Shown: piece by piece, positions 28,142-40,315 of the stretch
Layout of the letters: each line of letters opens with the position of its first letter
Position numbering within the stretch: position 1 is the first letter of the stretch
Origin: Balanoglossus misakiensis
Taxonomy: Eukaryota; Animalia; Hemichordata
DNA: 64,000 nucleotides
Assembly: GCA_040954595.2 (NCBI GenBank)
Contig: CM082586.2
Coordinates: forward strand, 8,959,337-9,023,336
Direction: 5' to 3'
The notes under the pieces: generated by a model
Database searches by the model: none
Told to the model about the DNA's origin: nothing
Seen by the model: only the letters and a program-made list of their open reading frames with translations
Position numbers and translations under genes: made by a program

Positions 28142-28503
28142 GATGGAGTCACCCCTTTGAATGATGCAGCAGGGTTTGGTGGTGAAGGCTGTGTCAGATT
28201 GTTATTGGAACACAAAGCTGATGTTACCATACAAACCCAGGTAAATACCAACTTGACTTCTGCAGGTTAATCTATCAGTATGGAATGATTTATTCATTCA
28301 TTTTTTGTTTGTTTGTTTGTATGTTTTTTGTTTAAGGAAAATTACACATTACGTTTAATTTTTGAGACATTGTTCTCATGCTCCTCCTTCATTACTTACA
28401 GTGGGGAGACACCCCTTTGCACTCTGCAGCAAGGAGGGATGTTGGTGAAGGCCGTGTCAGATTGTTATTGGAACACAAAGCTGATGTAACCATACAAAAC
28501 AAG
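28142..28503 (+). CDS. Ankyrin exons 3 (28142-28240) and 4 (28402-28503), first members of the tandem exon family
   Basis: DGVTPLNDAAGFGGEGCVRLLLEHKADVTIQTQ and WGDTPLHSAARRDVGEGRVRLLLEHKADVTIQNK, with the same flanking introns as the main array. Confidence 0.9.
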
Positions 28504-31249
28504 GTAAATACCAACCTGACTTCTGCAGGTAAATTCTAAAAGTATGAGCTTTCTCAATAGTGCCATTTCCTCTGTAGTTTTCTTAGTAAATTGTGTCTGG
28601 GATACAATGTATATATTTGTCCATTGCCCTTTGAATCAAAACTACTCCCTCCATTGGTCAGGTGTTGTACAGATAGACTGATGACAGTCCATGCCAATCC
28701 TATCACAGAACGTATCAGATAGGGTGATTGTCTGTCGGCCTCCAGCATCTGCCAACTCCTGTCTGGTACCTAATACAATTCATCATAAGGAGGTGCCATA
28801 TAATTTGTCACTGTCCTTTGAATCAAAACTACTTCCTCTCGGCCAGGTGTTGTCCAGACACAGGCAAGTATTGATTCATTATGGTGATGTGATTGTCTCT
28901 CCTATATCTGAGACATTTGATCTCCACTGTGAGCAATTTGGAGTTATGAGAAAGGGGGATTGTCTCCAGCATCTGCCAAAAACTGTCTTGTTGAACATAA
29001 GGATGTTGTTGTTTATTGCATTGTTTATCGTCAATCTTTTGTGGTTTAAATAATAATCTCATTATTGGCACAGCGATTTCTGTCTGTCCTTCTGTAGACA
29101 GATTTTGTTCCACTCATATCTTGAGAGAAATTGAATCCAATGATATGAAATTTTGTATGTAGCATTGTTATGATAAGTTCTAGATCTGATAAGATTTTGG
29201 TGGGTATGGCTTATTAATAAATTCTCCTTTGCATATTTGTGTGTGGTCGAACGTTAATTCACTACATACACATGTAGAATAACATAAACAGTGTCTTGTA
29301 TCAAACATAATTAATGGAAAAAGGGAAGCGAGAGAGAGAGAGACTTTGTCCCTTTAATATTCAGGAATTTACTTTTCTTGTATACGTACACTCTTATAAT
29401 GATTGTAAATCTTGAGAATGGCTATCAAGTTGACAACCCTCGCACAAGTACATCATGTACATAAACAAAAATAGTCTGGTTTGTGGAGCCTCCTCCCTTT
29501 TTTACAGGAAGTACTTTCAAAATATGTTTATGCAATCAGTCCACACTCATGCTCAGTTTTGTGTCAGAATTATAGTCATAGCAACATTTTGAGTAAGACT
29601 TTACCAGAAGAACTTGTTTTCATTGCGGCTCTGATTGGGGCCGTTTTAAAAAGGGGTTTGTTTGGCAACTTTTAGGACCGAAGGACGGATGCGCAGCCAT
29701 GGTCACATCACACATGTCAAGTTGGGGACTTGCTGGGGGCAGGGGTGCTTGTTGACGGTGCCGAGAGGAGTCGGCCAGTTTTAGCTTGTACTTCAGGCCG
29801 AATAGCACAGTGCCAACCCAATTTACCTTTTATAAACTTTATAAAATATAATACATTTTAACATTAAATTGTTCAGTCGGATGATTTTTTTCATCATTCT
29901 GAGCAACACAGCGGCAGCATTTGGATTGCTCTTTCTCTTGGAAATAGCTCAAGCTTATAAAACATGAGGTCTGTGCGGCTCCACTCCTCAGCTTCTCATC
30001 ACTGTCTGTCACTTACCCAATCATTTCAAAGGGGGTGATCAAGATGGCCAGAACAGCAAGTTTTAACCAACCAGGTTCCAGAACCTGAGAGAAGGTGCTA
30101 AAAGCGTGCAATAGATACATTGATGAGATAAACATTGGGAACAATAGGATTAAGGGAAGTGTGACTGGTCCAATCTGTTCTGTTTTAGTGTGGGGCACGG
30201 CTGGAATGGTTACACAAATGTCCTTGAAAGTTAGTGCTACTGTGGCTTCCAATGTTATCTCTTATGAAGAGTTTTGATAATTTTGTTTGTTCTTTATTTT
30301 TCATGAAAAGAATGACTGCATTCATTGCATTTAATTTTGTTTGCCACACATTCCCATTGGCCACAGTGTCCACTGAAGTCTTTCTTTGGTTATTAGACTT
30401 TTTGATGCAGTGCGATGGAGAAAGGGAATCAGTGTTAACTTTCTTCAGATGGTTTTTTTTTGGTGAAATTCAAGTTTTTTTTATTTAAACACTATTTCTA
30501 CAAATAACGAGTGACACCATTGCACAACTCTACTTGATATTGTTGGACCACTCAGTAGAAATTTATTTTAATGATGATTGATTTATCCCTTGTCACATAC
30601 AATTTCTCTGTTATTTCCCCTTTGATCGACATCGTTCAGTCTGCACAGCTTGGCTACTTTGTGCTGAGAACAGTCTGATGCCCTCCTACAGGAAATAAAC
30701 ATAGTTTGGTTAGCTCAGATGTTTGATCTGTTTCCACATAAATCTCCACATATCTCAAATTTGTCATCATATTGGAGATGAGATGTGATTATTCAAAATT
30801 CTTCTGACAATTCTACTAAATGTCACTGTAGTTGTTTGCTAAATCTTCTTCTATATTGTGCAGGTTGCAAAAATAAATTGGTCCCATTCAGGAAATGTTC
30901 ACTAACATCACATCACTGTCAGTTTTTTGATAGAAAATCATAAATAAAGTTCAGTTTAAAATTGGTGTATTGGTTATCCGTAATGTTATCTGTTTTGCAA
31001 GTTGTCAAATTTGAGTTTGTTTGTGAATTATTTATAGTAACTTTTCTTTCTGTATCAACTGGCAGATATTTTGTCAGAATTCTTTTAGCTCGTTAAAATG
31101 CATGTATAAAACTGAATTACACATCTTGTGTGTAGAGTCGATACTGTTTCTGTTCAAATGCCATTTACTGTTGGTTAATATTATCCACAAGGGAGTTTGC
31201 GATTATTTGTCGTTTGTGTGTTTGTTCGATCGTTCATTTTAACAAAATA

Positions 31250-34200
31250 ACCTCATGTTACATTTCATTTTTCTTGACATTCTCATCATGCTCCTCCTTC
31301 ATTACTTACAGAATGGAGACACCCCTTTGCATTATGCAGTAAGAGGGTGTCGTGGTGAAGGCCTTGTCAGATTGTTATTGGAACACGAAGCTGATGTGAC
31401 CATACCAAACAAGGTAAATACCAACATGACGTCTGCAGGTTAATTCTATCAATGCGGATATATTTATTCATTTGTTTGTGTCTTTGTCTATTTGTTTATT
31501 TGTTTGTTTGTTTGTTTGTTTGTTTAAGGAAATTTCACATTACATTTCAATTTTGTGACATTATTCTCATGCTCCTCCTTCATTACTTACAGACAGGAGA
31601 CACCCCTTTGCATTATGCAGCAAGGAGGGATGGTGGTGAAGGCCTTGTCAGATTGTTATTGGAACACAAAGCTGATGTGACCATACAAAACGAGGTAAAT
31701 ACCAACTTGACTTCTGCAGGTTAATTCTATCAATGCGGATATATTTATTCATTTTATTGTGTGTTTGTCTATTTGTTTGTTTGTTTGTTTGTTTGGTTAA
31801 GGAAATTTCACATTACATTTCAATTTTGTGACATTATTCTCATGCTCCTCCTTCATTACTTACAGACAGGAGACACCCCTTTGCATTATGCAGCAAGGAG
31901 GGATGGTGGTGAAGGCCTTGTCAGATTGTTATTGGAACACAAAGCTGATGTGACCATACAAAACAAGGTAAATACCAACCTGACTTCTGCAGGTTTATTC
32001 TATCAATGCGGATATATTTATTCATTTATTTGTTTGTTTGTTTGTTTAAGAAAATTTCACATTAGATTTCAATTTTTGTGACATTATTCTCATGCTCCTC
32101 CTTCATTACTTACAGGATGGAGACACCCCTTTGCATGATGCAGCAAGGAGGGATGATGGTGAAGCCCTTGTCAGATTGTTATTGGAACACAAAGCTGATG
32201 CTAACATACGAAACAAGGTAAATACCAACCTGACTTCTGCAGGTTTATTCTATTGATGCGGATATATTTATTCATTTATTTGTTTGTTTGTTTGTTTGTT
32301 TGTTTAAGGAAATTTCACATTAGATTTCAATTTTTGTAACATTATTCTCATGCTCCTCCTTCATTACTTACAGGATGGAGACACCCTTTTGCATTATGCA
32401 GCAAGGTTTCGTGATGAAGGCCGTGTCAGATTGTTATTGGAACACAAAGCTGATGCTAACATACAAAACAAGGTAAATACCAACCTGACTTCTATAGGTT
32501 AATTCTGAAAGTATTGAAATATTTTTTTGTTTTTTTTTGTTTAAGGAAATTTCACATTATATTTCAATTTTGTGACATTATTCTCATGCTCCTCCTTCAT
32601 TACTTACAGACAGGAGACACCCCTTTGCATGATGCAGCAAGGAGGGATGGTGGTGAAGGCCTTGTGAGATTGTTATTGGAACACAAAGCTGATACTAACA
32701 TACAAAACAAGGTAAATACCAACCTGACTTCTGCAGGTTTATTCTATCAATGCGGATATATTTATTCATTTATTTGTTTGTTTGTTTGTTTAAGAAAATT
32801 TCACATTAGATTTCAATTTTTGTGACATTATTCTCATGCTCCTCCTTCATTACTTACAGGATGGAGACACCCCTTTGCATGATGCAGCAAGGAGGGATGA
32901 TGGTGAAGCCCTTGTCAGATTGTTATTGGAACACAAAGCTGATGCTAACATACGAAACAAGGTAAATACCAACCTGACTTCTGCAGGTTTATTCTATTGA
33001 TGCGGATATATTTATTCATTTATTTGTTTGTTTGTTTGTTTGTTTGTTTGTTTGTTTAAGGAAATTTCACATTAGATTTCAATTTTTGTAACATTATTCT
33101 CATGCTCCTCCTTCATTACTTACAGGATGGAGACACTCCTTTGCATTATGCAGTAAGGGATGGTGATGAAGGCCATGTCAGATTGTTATTGGAACACAAA
33201 GCTGATGTGACCATACAAAACAAGGTAAATACCAACCTGACTTCTGCAGGTTTATTCTATCACTGCGGATATATTTATTCATTTATTTGTTTGTTTGTTT
33301 GTTTATGGAAATTTCACATAATATTTCAATTTTTGTGACATTATTCTCATGCTCCTCCTTCATTACTTACAGGATGGAGACACTCCTTTGCATTATGCAG
33401 CAAGGAGGGTTGGTGGTGAATGCCTTGTCAGATTGTTATTGGAACACAAAGCTGATGCTAACATACAAAACAAGGTAAATACCAACCTGACTTCAGCAGG
33501 TTTATTCTATCACTGCGGATATATTTATTCATTTATTTGTTTGTTTGTTTGTTTAAGGAAATTTCACATTAGATTTCAATTTTTGTGACATTATTCTCAT
33601 GCTCCTCCTTCATTACTTACAGGATGGAGACACTCCTTCGCATGATGCAGCAAGGAGGGATGGTGGTGAAGGCCTTGTCAGATTGTTATTGGAACACAAA
33701 GCTGATGCTAACATACAAAACAAGGTAAATACCAACCTGACTTCTGCAGGTTAATTCTGAAAGTATTGAAATATTTTTTTGTTTTTTTTTGTTTAAGGAA
33801 ATTTCACATTATATTTCAATTTTTGTGACATTATTCTCATGCTCCTCCTTTATTACTTATAGGATGGAGACACTCCTTTGCATTATGCAGCAAGGGATGG
33901 TGATGAAGGCCATGTCAGATTGTTATTGGAACACAAAGCTGATGTTTACATACAAAACAAGGTAAATACCAACCTGACTGCTGCAGGTTTATTCTATCAG
34001 TGCGGATATATTTATTCATTTATTTGTTTGTTTGTTCGTTTACGGAAATTTCACATTATATTTCAATTTTTGTGACATTATTCTCATGCTCCTCCTTCAT
34101 TACTTACAGGATGGAGACACTCCTTTGCATTATGCAGCAAGGAGGGTTGGTGGTGAATGCCTTGTCAGATTGTTATCGGAACACAAAGCTGATGCTAACA

Positions 34201-35443
34201 TACAAAACAAGGTAAAGACCAACCTGACTTCTGCAGGTTAATTCTATCAATGCGGATATATTTATTCATTTATTTGTTTGTTTGTTTGTTTAAGGAAATT
34301 TCACATTAGATTTCAATTTTTGTGACATTATTCTCATGCTCCTCCTTCATTACTTACAGGATGGAGAAACCCTTTTGCATTATGCAGCAAGGTTTCGTGA
34401 TGAAGGCCGTGTCAGATTGTTATTGGAACACAAAGCTGATGCTAACATACAAAACAAGGTAAATACCAACCTGACTTCTATAGGTTAATTCTGAAAGTAT
34501 TGAACTATTTTTTTGTTTTTTTTTGTTTAAGGAAATTTCACATTATATTTCAATTTTTGTGACATTATTCTCATGCTCCTCCTTCATTACTTACAGGATG
34601 GAGACACTCCTTTGCATTATGCAGTAAGGGATGGTGATGAAGGCCATGTCAGATTGTTATTGGAACACAAAGCTGATGTGACCATACAAAACGAGGTAAA
34701 TACCAACCTGACTTCTGCAGGTTTATTCTATCAATGCGGATATATTTATTCATTTATTTGTTTGTTTGTTTGTTTATGGAAATTTCACATAATATTTCAA
34801 TTTTTGTGACATAATTCTCATGCTCCTCCTTTATTACTTACAGGATGGAGACACTCCTTTGCATTATGCAGCAAGGAGGGTTGGTGGTGAATGCCTTGTC
34901 AGATTGTTATTGGAACACAAAGCTGATGCTAACATACAAAACAAGGTTTAATACCAACCTGACTTCAGCAGGTTTATTCTATCACTGCGGATATATTTAT
35001 TCATTTATTTGTTTGTTTGTTTGTTTAAGGAAATTTCACATTAGATTTCAATTTTTGTGACATTATTCTCATGCTCCTCCTTCATTACTTACAGGATGGA
35101 GACACTCCTTCGCATGATGCAGCAAGGAGGGATGGTGGTGAAGGCCTTGTCAGATTGTTATTGGAACACAAAGCTGATGCTAACATACAAAACAAGGTAA
35201 ATACCAACCTGACTTCTGCAGGTTAATTCTGAAAGTATTGAAATATTTTTTTGTTTTTTTTTGTTTAAGGAAATTTCACATTATATTTCAATTTTTGTGA
35301 CATTATTCTCATGCTCCTCCTTTATTACTTACAGGATGGAGACACTCCTTTGCATTATGCAGCAAGGGATGGTGATGAAGGCCATGTCAGATTGTTATTG
35401 GAACACAAAGCTGATGTTTACATACAAAACAAGGTAAATACCA
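31250..35443 (+). repeat. Tandem ankyrin-exon array, left block: 17 units of ~240-280 bp, each an intron plus one 99/102-bp ankyrin exon
   Basis: Exon starts: 31312, 31593, 31866, 32116, 32374, 32610, 32860, 33126, 33373, 33623, 33863, 34110, 34360, 34597, 34844, 35095, 35335. All follow ATTACTTAYAG and end before GT. Confidence 0.95.
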
Positions 35444-35661
35444 CCCTTACGAAAAAATAAGGCTTCTGGCGAACAGTTGTGGTAAACGTACCGCAACTTT
35501 GCGGCACATATACTGCAACTGTTTGCGGCGCACGCGCGGCTAATGCATATTTTTGCATGCAAATGAGCTGTTGCGGCGAACAGTTGCGGTAAACATACCG
35601 CAACTTTGTGGGTTTGCGGCGTATATGCCGCAAATTATGACCTCTTTTTAATACATGTAAT

Positions 35662-37114
35662 TGTAGGGCTCACTTCACGGTAATGATCACTGTAAGCGAT
35701 TACCCAGCAAAAATCTACAGGGGGTAGGGTCGTTGAATCCGATTGACATAGTTTGCACTGCAATGTGAGGACAAAAGAGGTACTTATATGGAAATCACAC
35801 ACAACACACATATGATGTAATGTTGAACACTTTGGTATATTATCATAAATCTACCAACAATAAAGTGCACTCATGAACTTTACAAACTCTGAAAATCAAC
35901 ACTTATTTGTATTGAAAAAGATACAAATGTCCCCAGTGTATGATATGCTGTGAAATATCCACAAAATCAACAGCTGTGACAGTTCCACTGGTACACAGTC
36001 CGACAAACGCAGTTGTACTTCAGTCAGGTTTCCACACGTAGCGGCATTCACATCAGGCACACAGCAAACCTTGGCACAGGATTCTGGTGTCCACGAGCCC
36101 GCATAACACAAAGGCAATTCTGTATGGCCAACACACAGCAGTCTATGGCTTCTCGAAATTACTGAATAATTCCTCTTCAGAATCAATGTGTTCTATACGC
36201 TGGAAATACTGAACCATCTCAGCACTCGGCGAGTGTCCTGAACTGTTGTATCCCTCAATAACTCTAACACGAACGGCTATATAAACTGAGACTCGTAACG
36301 TTCTGTCTCAGTGACTGTCAAAAGTTCAGCATGAAGCCAAAGTTCAAACTACGAGAATTCCCTCACCGTGACTCTATCATGAGCATGGATCGCCTACACA
36401 CGAACAAGTCTCACCGTAAAAGATCGACAATGTCTCTGCACCCAGTGACGGCTGTCGACAATAGTTCCGTCGATAAATATACGTGATCACAGCTGGAGTC
36501 GCTGTTAGTATGGCATAGACTAACAGTACAGCAGCCCCCTCGGTCGGCCACGTGATATTTCCTACCTCAGAGTTAGTTTGATGTAATACCCAAAAGTCAG
36601 CTCTGAATCCTCGCTAAACTCAGTCCACCAGATCGCTGAAATGTCTCTAACAGGATATCATCTCTGGAATACGGTTCACAACGCCTTTGTTGAGCGGCGA
36701 TCCATCTTTTGCTCAAAAGAAAGTCACGGTGATGAACTTTCTCGAGTTTTTACTCCATTTTTCTTTCTCTCTCTCACTTTCTGAACCAATTACTCCGCAT
36801 AGCACAAGCTAGCGTAAAAAAGAGTTTAAATCACGAGTCAACTATAAATGCAGTAGACCCAAAACGTGCGTTACGTCTGAACGGGTAAAACGACGTCAAA
36901 AGCAATGACTGATTCAAATGTCTGTACTGAAAAGACTCGCGTAAAGTGCGCTATTTTCTGAATAGGCGGAACAATACATGTCGAACGGATGGCGTCCCCC
37001 CGTCTTAAACGTGACATGTACTATAAGAAATACAACAAATTAAAGTAGTGACGTACACTATAAAATAACAGCAGACTATAATAATCAGGTGATGCCAAAA
37101 CACACCTGGTTACA
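35662..37114 (-). repeat. 3' LTR
   Basis: Near-identical to 43988-45440. Preceded on the minus strand by the polypurine tract GGGGGAGGG (37123-37115). Confidence 0.96.
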
Positions 37115-37847
37115 CCCTCCCCCGGTTCGAGAAAGGTTGTCCCAACCGAAAACAGTCGACAAACGACATAGCGTAAGTGACGCTTACCAGCCGCACTGAC
37201 TGAGCTCTATTTTTATGACATGCAGGAATGTATGAACAATACAGGTGTGTCAAATTGCTAACCATCTGGAATACAAGGTCATAGGGCCCATCTAGAAACA
37301 TGCAAATGACTGCGCTGAATTTATGGCAAACCCACAATACAGTGACAGGGTCTCTACTGAGTAAAGGCACAGGATTCTCTTTTTCGAAATTTCCCAGAAT
37401 TCGCCCACAGTTTGTAGGACTCCCAGGGCAAGAAATCAGCCTAACCCAGTGATATACCCAACATCTGAAAAGACGTCGCTGAGGTTAATGTTCTCCTCTG
37501 ACGAAAAAAATAGCAATTTTAACAGTAGGAAAACTGGCGTAAGGTCATCTCCATGGTAGACGATTACCACAAATCACGAGCATCACCACATATAGTCCCT
37601 CCTGCGGTATACGTAACAGTCTTTGTCAAGAAAGCTCAATCATGAGGACAGATAATTCTTCTATCAGCAATACTTGCACCTAACATCTAGTGATCCAACC
37701 AGCTGCATGCCCGATCGCTCCCAGAAACACAGCTATCAATCCAGGTTCTCGATCTGATATAGGGCTATATATTGGCTGATCTATGATGATGGTCTGGTGA
37801 AGTTTCTATAGAATATCACTCTAGGCAATACAGGATCCACCCGAGTA

Positions 37848-40315
37848 TTACTGCAGCTCAGACCTAATTTCTCTGATAAGGAATGCTTTGAGTTCTTCCC
37901 ATCGGTCTGTAGATGCACGAATCACATCTGACTCTCTGAAGTGGTCAGTTTTCTCTTCGTCTCCAACAGTCACTCGGCACCATCCATACCGCTGAGGCGG
38001 TCTAACTGTTCTTTTCGATCGTCGGAGGGTTGGCGCTTCAGACTCTTCTTCTGACATGGAAGATTCTATCTCTAGGCGATCTAGTGAGACAAATTCCGAA
38101 TCTTCATCCTTGGATACTTCATATGGTGATGAAAATGAGTTACAGGTATCCCCCGGCCGATGATAAGTCTCCTCCGCCGAGTCTACACTGTCTGGCATCT
38201 CTTCAGGTGTTCCCATCGATCTGTCTCCCGAAACTGGAATACAGGTTTCACCGATAGCACTCGGAACATCCGGCACCTTTCGTGGTACAAGTGTCTGGCT
38301 GGAATCCTCATCCGATTCGACCTTCTTGGGTTCAAATGGTAAACTCAAGGGATTCAGCCTCACATCATACTCGTCACTGCTGGATTCACTGTCGTACTGA
38401 ACAGTTGACTCATTCTGTAGCAGCTTCTTTCTTTGTTTGAAAGGTTTCTGAACGATACCAGGCTCTTCTGCTGGAAGGCTGTGACAAATACGTAGCAAGT
38501 TACGGTGCAAAGTCCGCTTCTTCTCGCTGGATTCACCCTGCACAATGTAAACAGGTATGTTTTCATCGGGTCTTCCCACTATGACATAGGGTTCTGCTTC
38601 CCATCGGTCAGCAATTTTGATTTTACCACGAAGGTTGACGTTCCTCACAAGAACTCTGTCTCCCTTGTTCAGAACAGCATCATGTACTCGTCTATCATAT
38701 CGTTGCTTGTTGTCATCTGCGCGTCTGGAAGCAGCTTTCGTTGCCTGCTCATAAGCGAAGTCAAGGCGCTCGCGCAGATCATGAACATATGATTTCGAGG
38801 ATTGTAGTGAGCAATCTTCTGGTTGTACACCTAGGTAGACATCCATAGGCAAGCGAGGGTGTCTCCCGAACATCAGATAGTATGGCGAGAACCCTGTACT
38901 ATCATGTCGCGTACAGTTGTAGGCGTGTACTAACGGAGCAACGTAGTCTTTCCAGTTGACCTTTTTCTCGTTGTTGAGCGTACCTAGCATCTCCAGAAGG
39001 GTGCGGTTGAATCTCTCACAAACTCCGTTGCCCTGCGGGTGGTAGGGGGTGGTTCGTGACTTCTCAATGCCTGTCACCTTGCATAGTTCTCTGATAACTC
39101 GACCTTCAAAATTCCGACCCTGGTCAGAGTGTAGTCTGCGTGGGAATCCGTAGTGTACCATAAAACCCTCAAACAGGTGTTTTGCTGTAGTCTTCGCTGT
39201 TTGATTGCGTGTGGGTATCGCAACAGAGTACTTGGTAAAGTGATCTGTTATCACAAGGATGTCTTTGATGCCACCCTTGGATTCCTCTAAAGACAAAAAG
39301 TCCATGCAGACCAATTCCAAAGGCTGACTTGTAGATATGTTCACCAGTGGGGCTCTCGTCTTGAGTCCGGCTGGATTTTTCCGTCTGGTACACCTGTCAC
39401 AGGTGAGGATTCTGACTTTGACGTCCTTCAACATCTGCGGCCAATAGAATCTCTGGCGTAGAATGTCGAGAGTGCGCTCCTCTCCTAAGTGTCCAGTCTC
39501 ATCATGGGCTCCAGACAACGCAACCTTGCGTTGGGCCTTGGGTAGAACTAGCTGATAGTATTTCTGACCATCCGCACCAGCCCGTATGCGGTATAACACG
39601 CCATTTTTGAAACAAAGCCTATCCCACTCTCTCAAAGCAAGGCGTACTTCGAGGTCCTCCTGTTTCCTTTCCTGTTTCGTAGGGGGGTGTCCTCGCTCTT
39701 TGAAGTATTTCAAGCGGCTGACGAAGTGATCTTCCTTCTGTAGGCAAATCCAATCATCTCTCGTCAGTGTGGGTAATGAAGACTGATCTGGACTCCTCGG
39801 TGGATCGTCCAGCGTCGAAGGAACAGCTGTAGCCGATGCTGCTATTGCCTCGATCCATGGGGTGTGTCGCTTCAGGCAGGACTGTCCCACAGCTCTGACC
39901 TCATCAGCTCCCAACCTAATCATGTCATCAGTTTTCGCTGTTTTCGTCAAATCTGTGCCCGAACTCCTCGGTCTTCTGGACAGACCGTCGGCGTCACAAT
40001 TCCGGTTGCCTGGTTTATAGTTCAAACTGAGGTCATAATTCGACAAAGCAGCCAGCCACCTGTGGCCCGTGGCATCAAGCTTTGCAGACGTCAGCACATA
40101 TGTAAGGGGGTTGTTATCCGTCATCACCTCTACATGATTACCTGCCACATAATCGTGAAATTTTTCCGTGACCGCCCACTTCAAGGCCAAGTACTCCAAC
40201 TTATGAGCCGGATAGTTTCTCTCACTTCTGGATAACCCACGGCTGGCGTAAGCTACAGGTCTCATGACTTGTTTCCCGTTGACTGTATCAGCCTGGTACA
40301 ATGCTGCTCCTAATC
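37848..40315 (-). CDS. pol: Gypsy pol 3' part: RNase H and integrase
   Basis: PVAYASR...LEYLALKWAV...TDNNPL (RNase H). HDETGH...CDRC zinc finger. MDFL / HSDQG / GVCERFN DDE core. Confidence 0.95.

Noticed and set aside
29630-30950. Possible degraded DNA-transposon coding sequence in the long intron after ankyrin exon 4
   Set aside because: The composition is suggestive, but I could not identify transposase motifs or paired termini.
31414-31445. Conserved CAG|GT 25 nt into each array intron as a recursive or alternative splice site
   Set aside because: A 25-nt extension breaks the frame, the donor (GTTAAT/GTTTAT) is weak, and its conservation is explained by homogenisation of the whole unit.
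35896-36186. Duplicated 96-aa ORF (also at 44222-44512)
   Set aside because: It lies inside the two LTRs and shows no recognisable domain.
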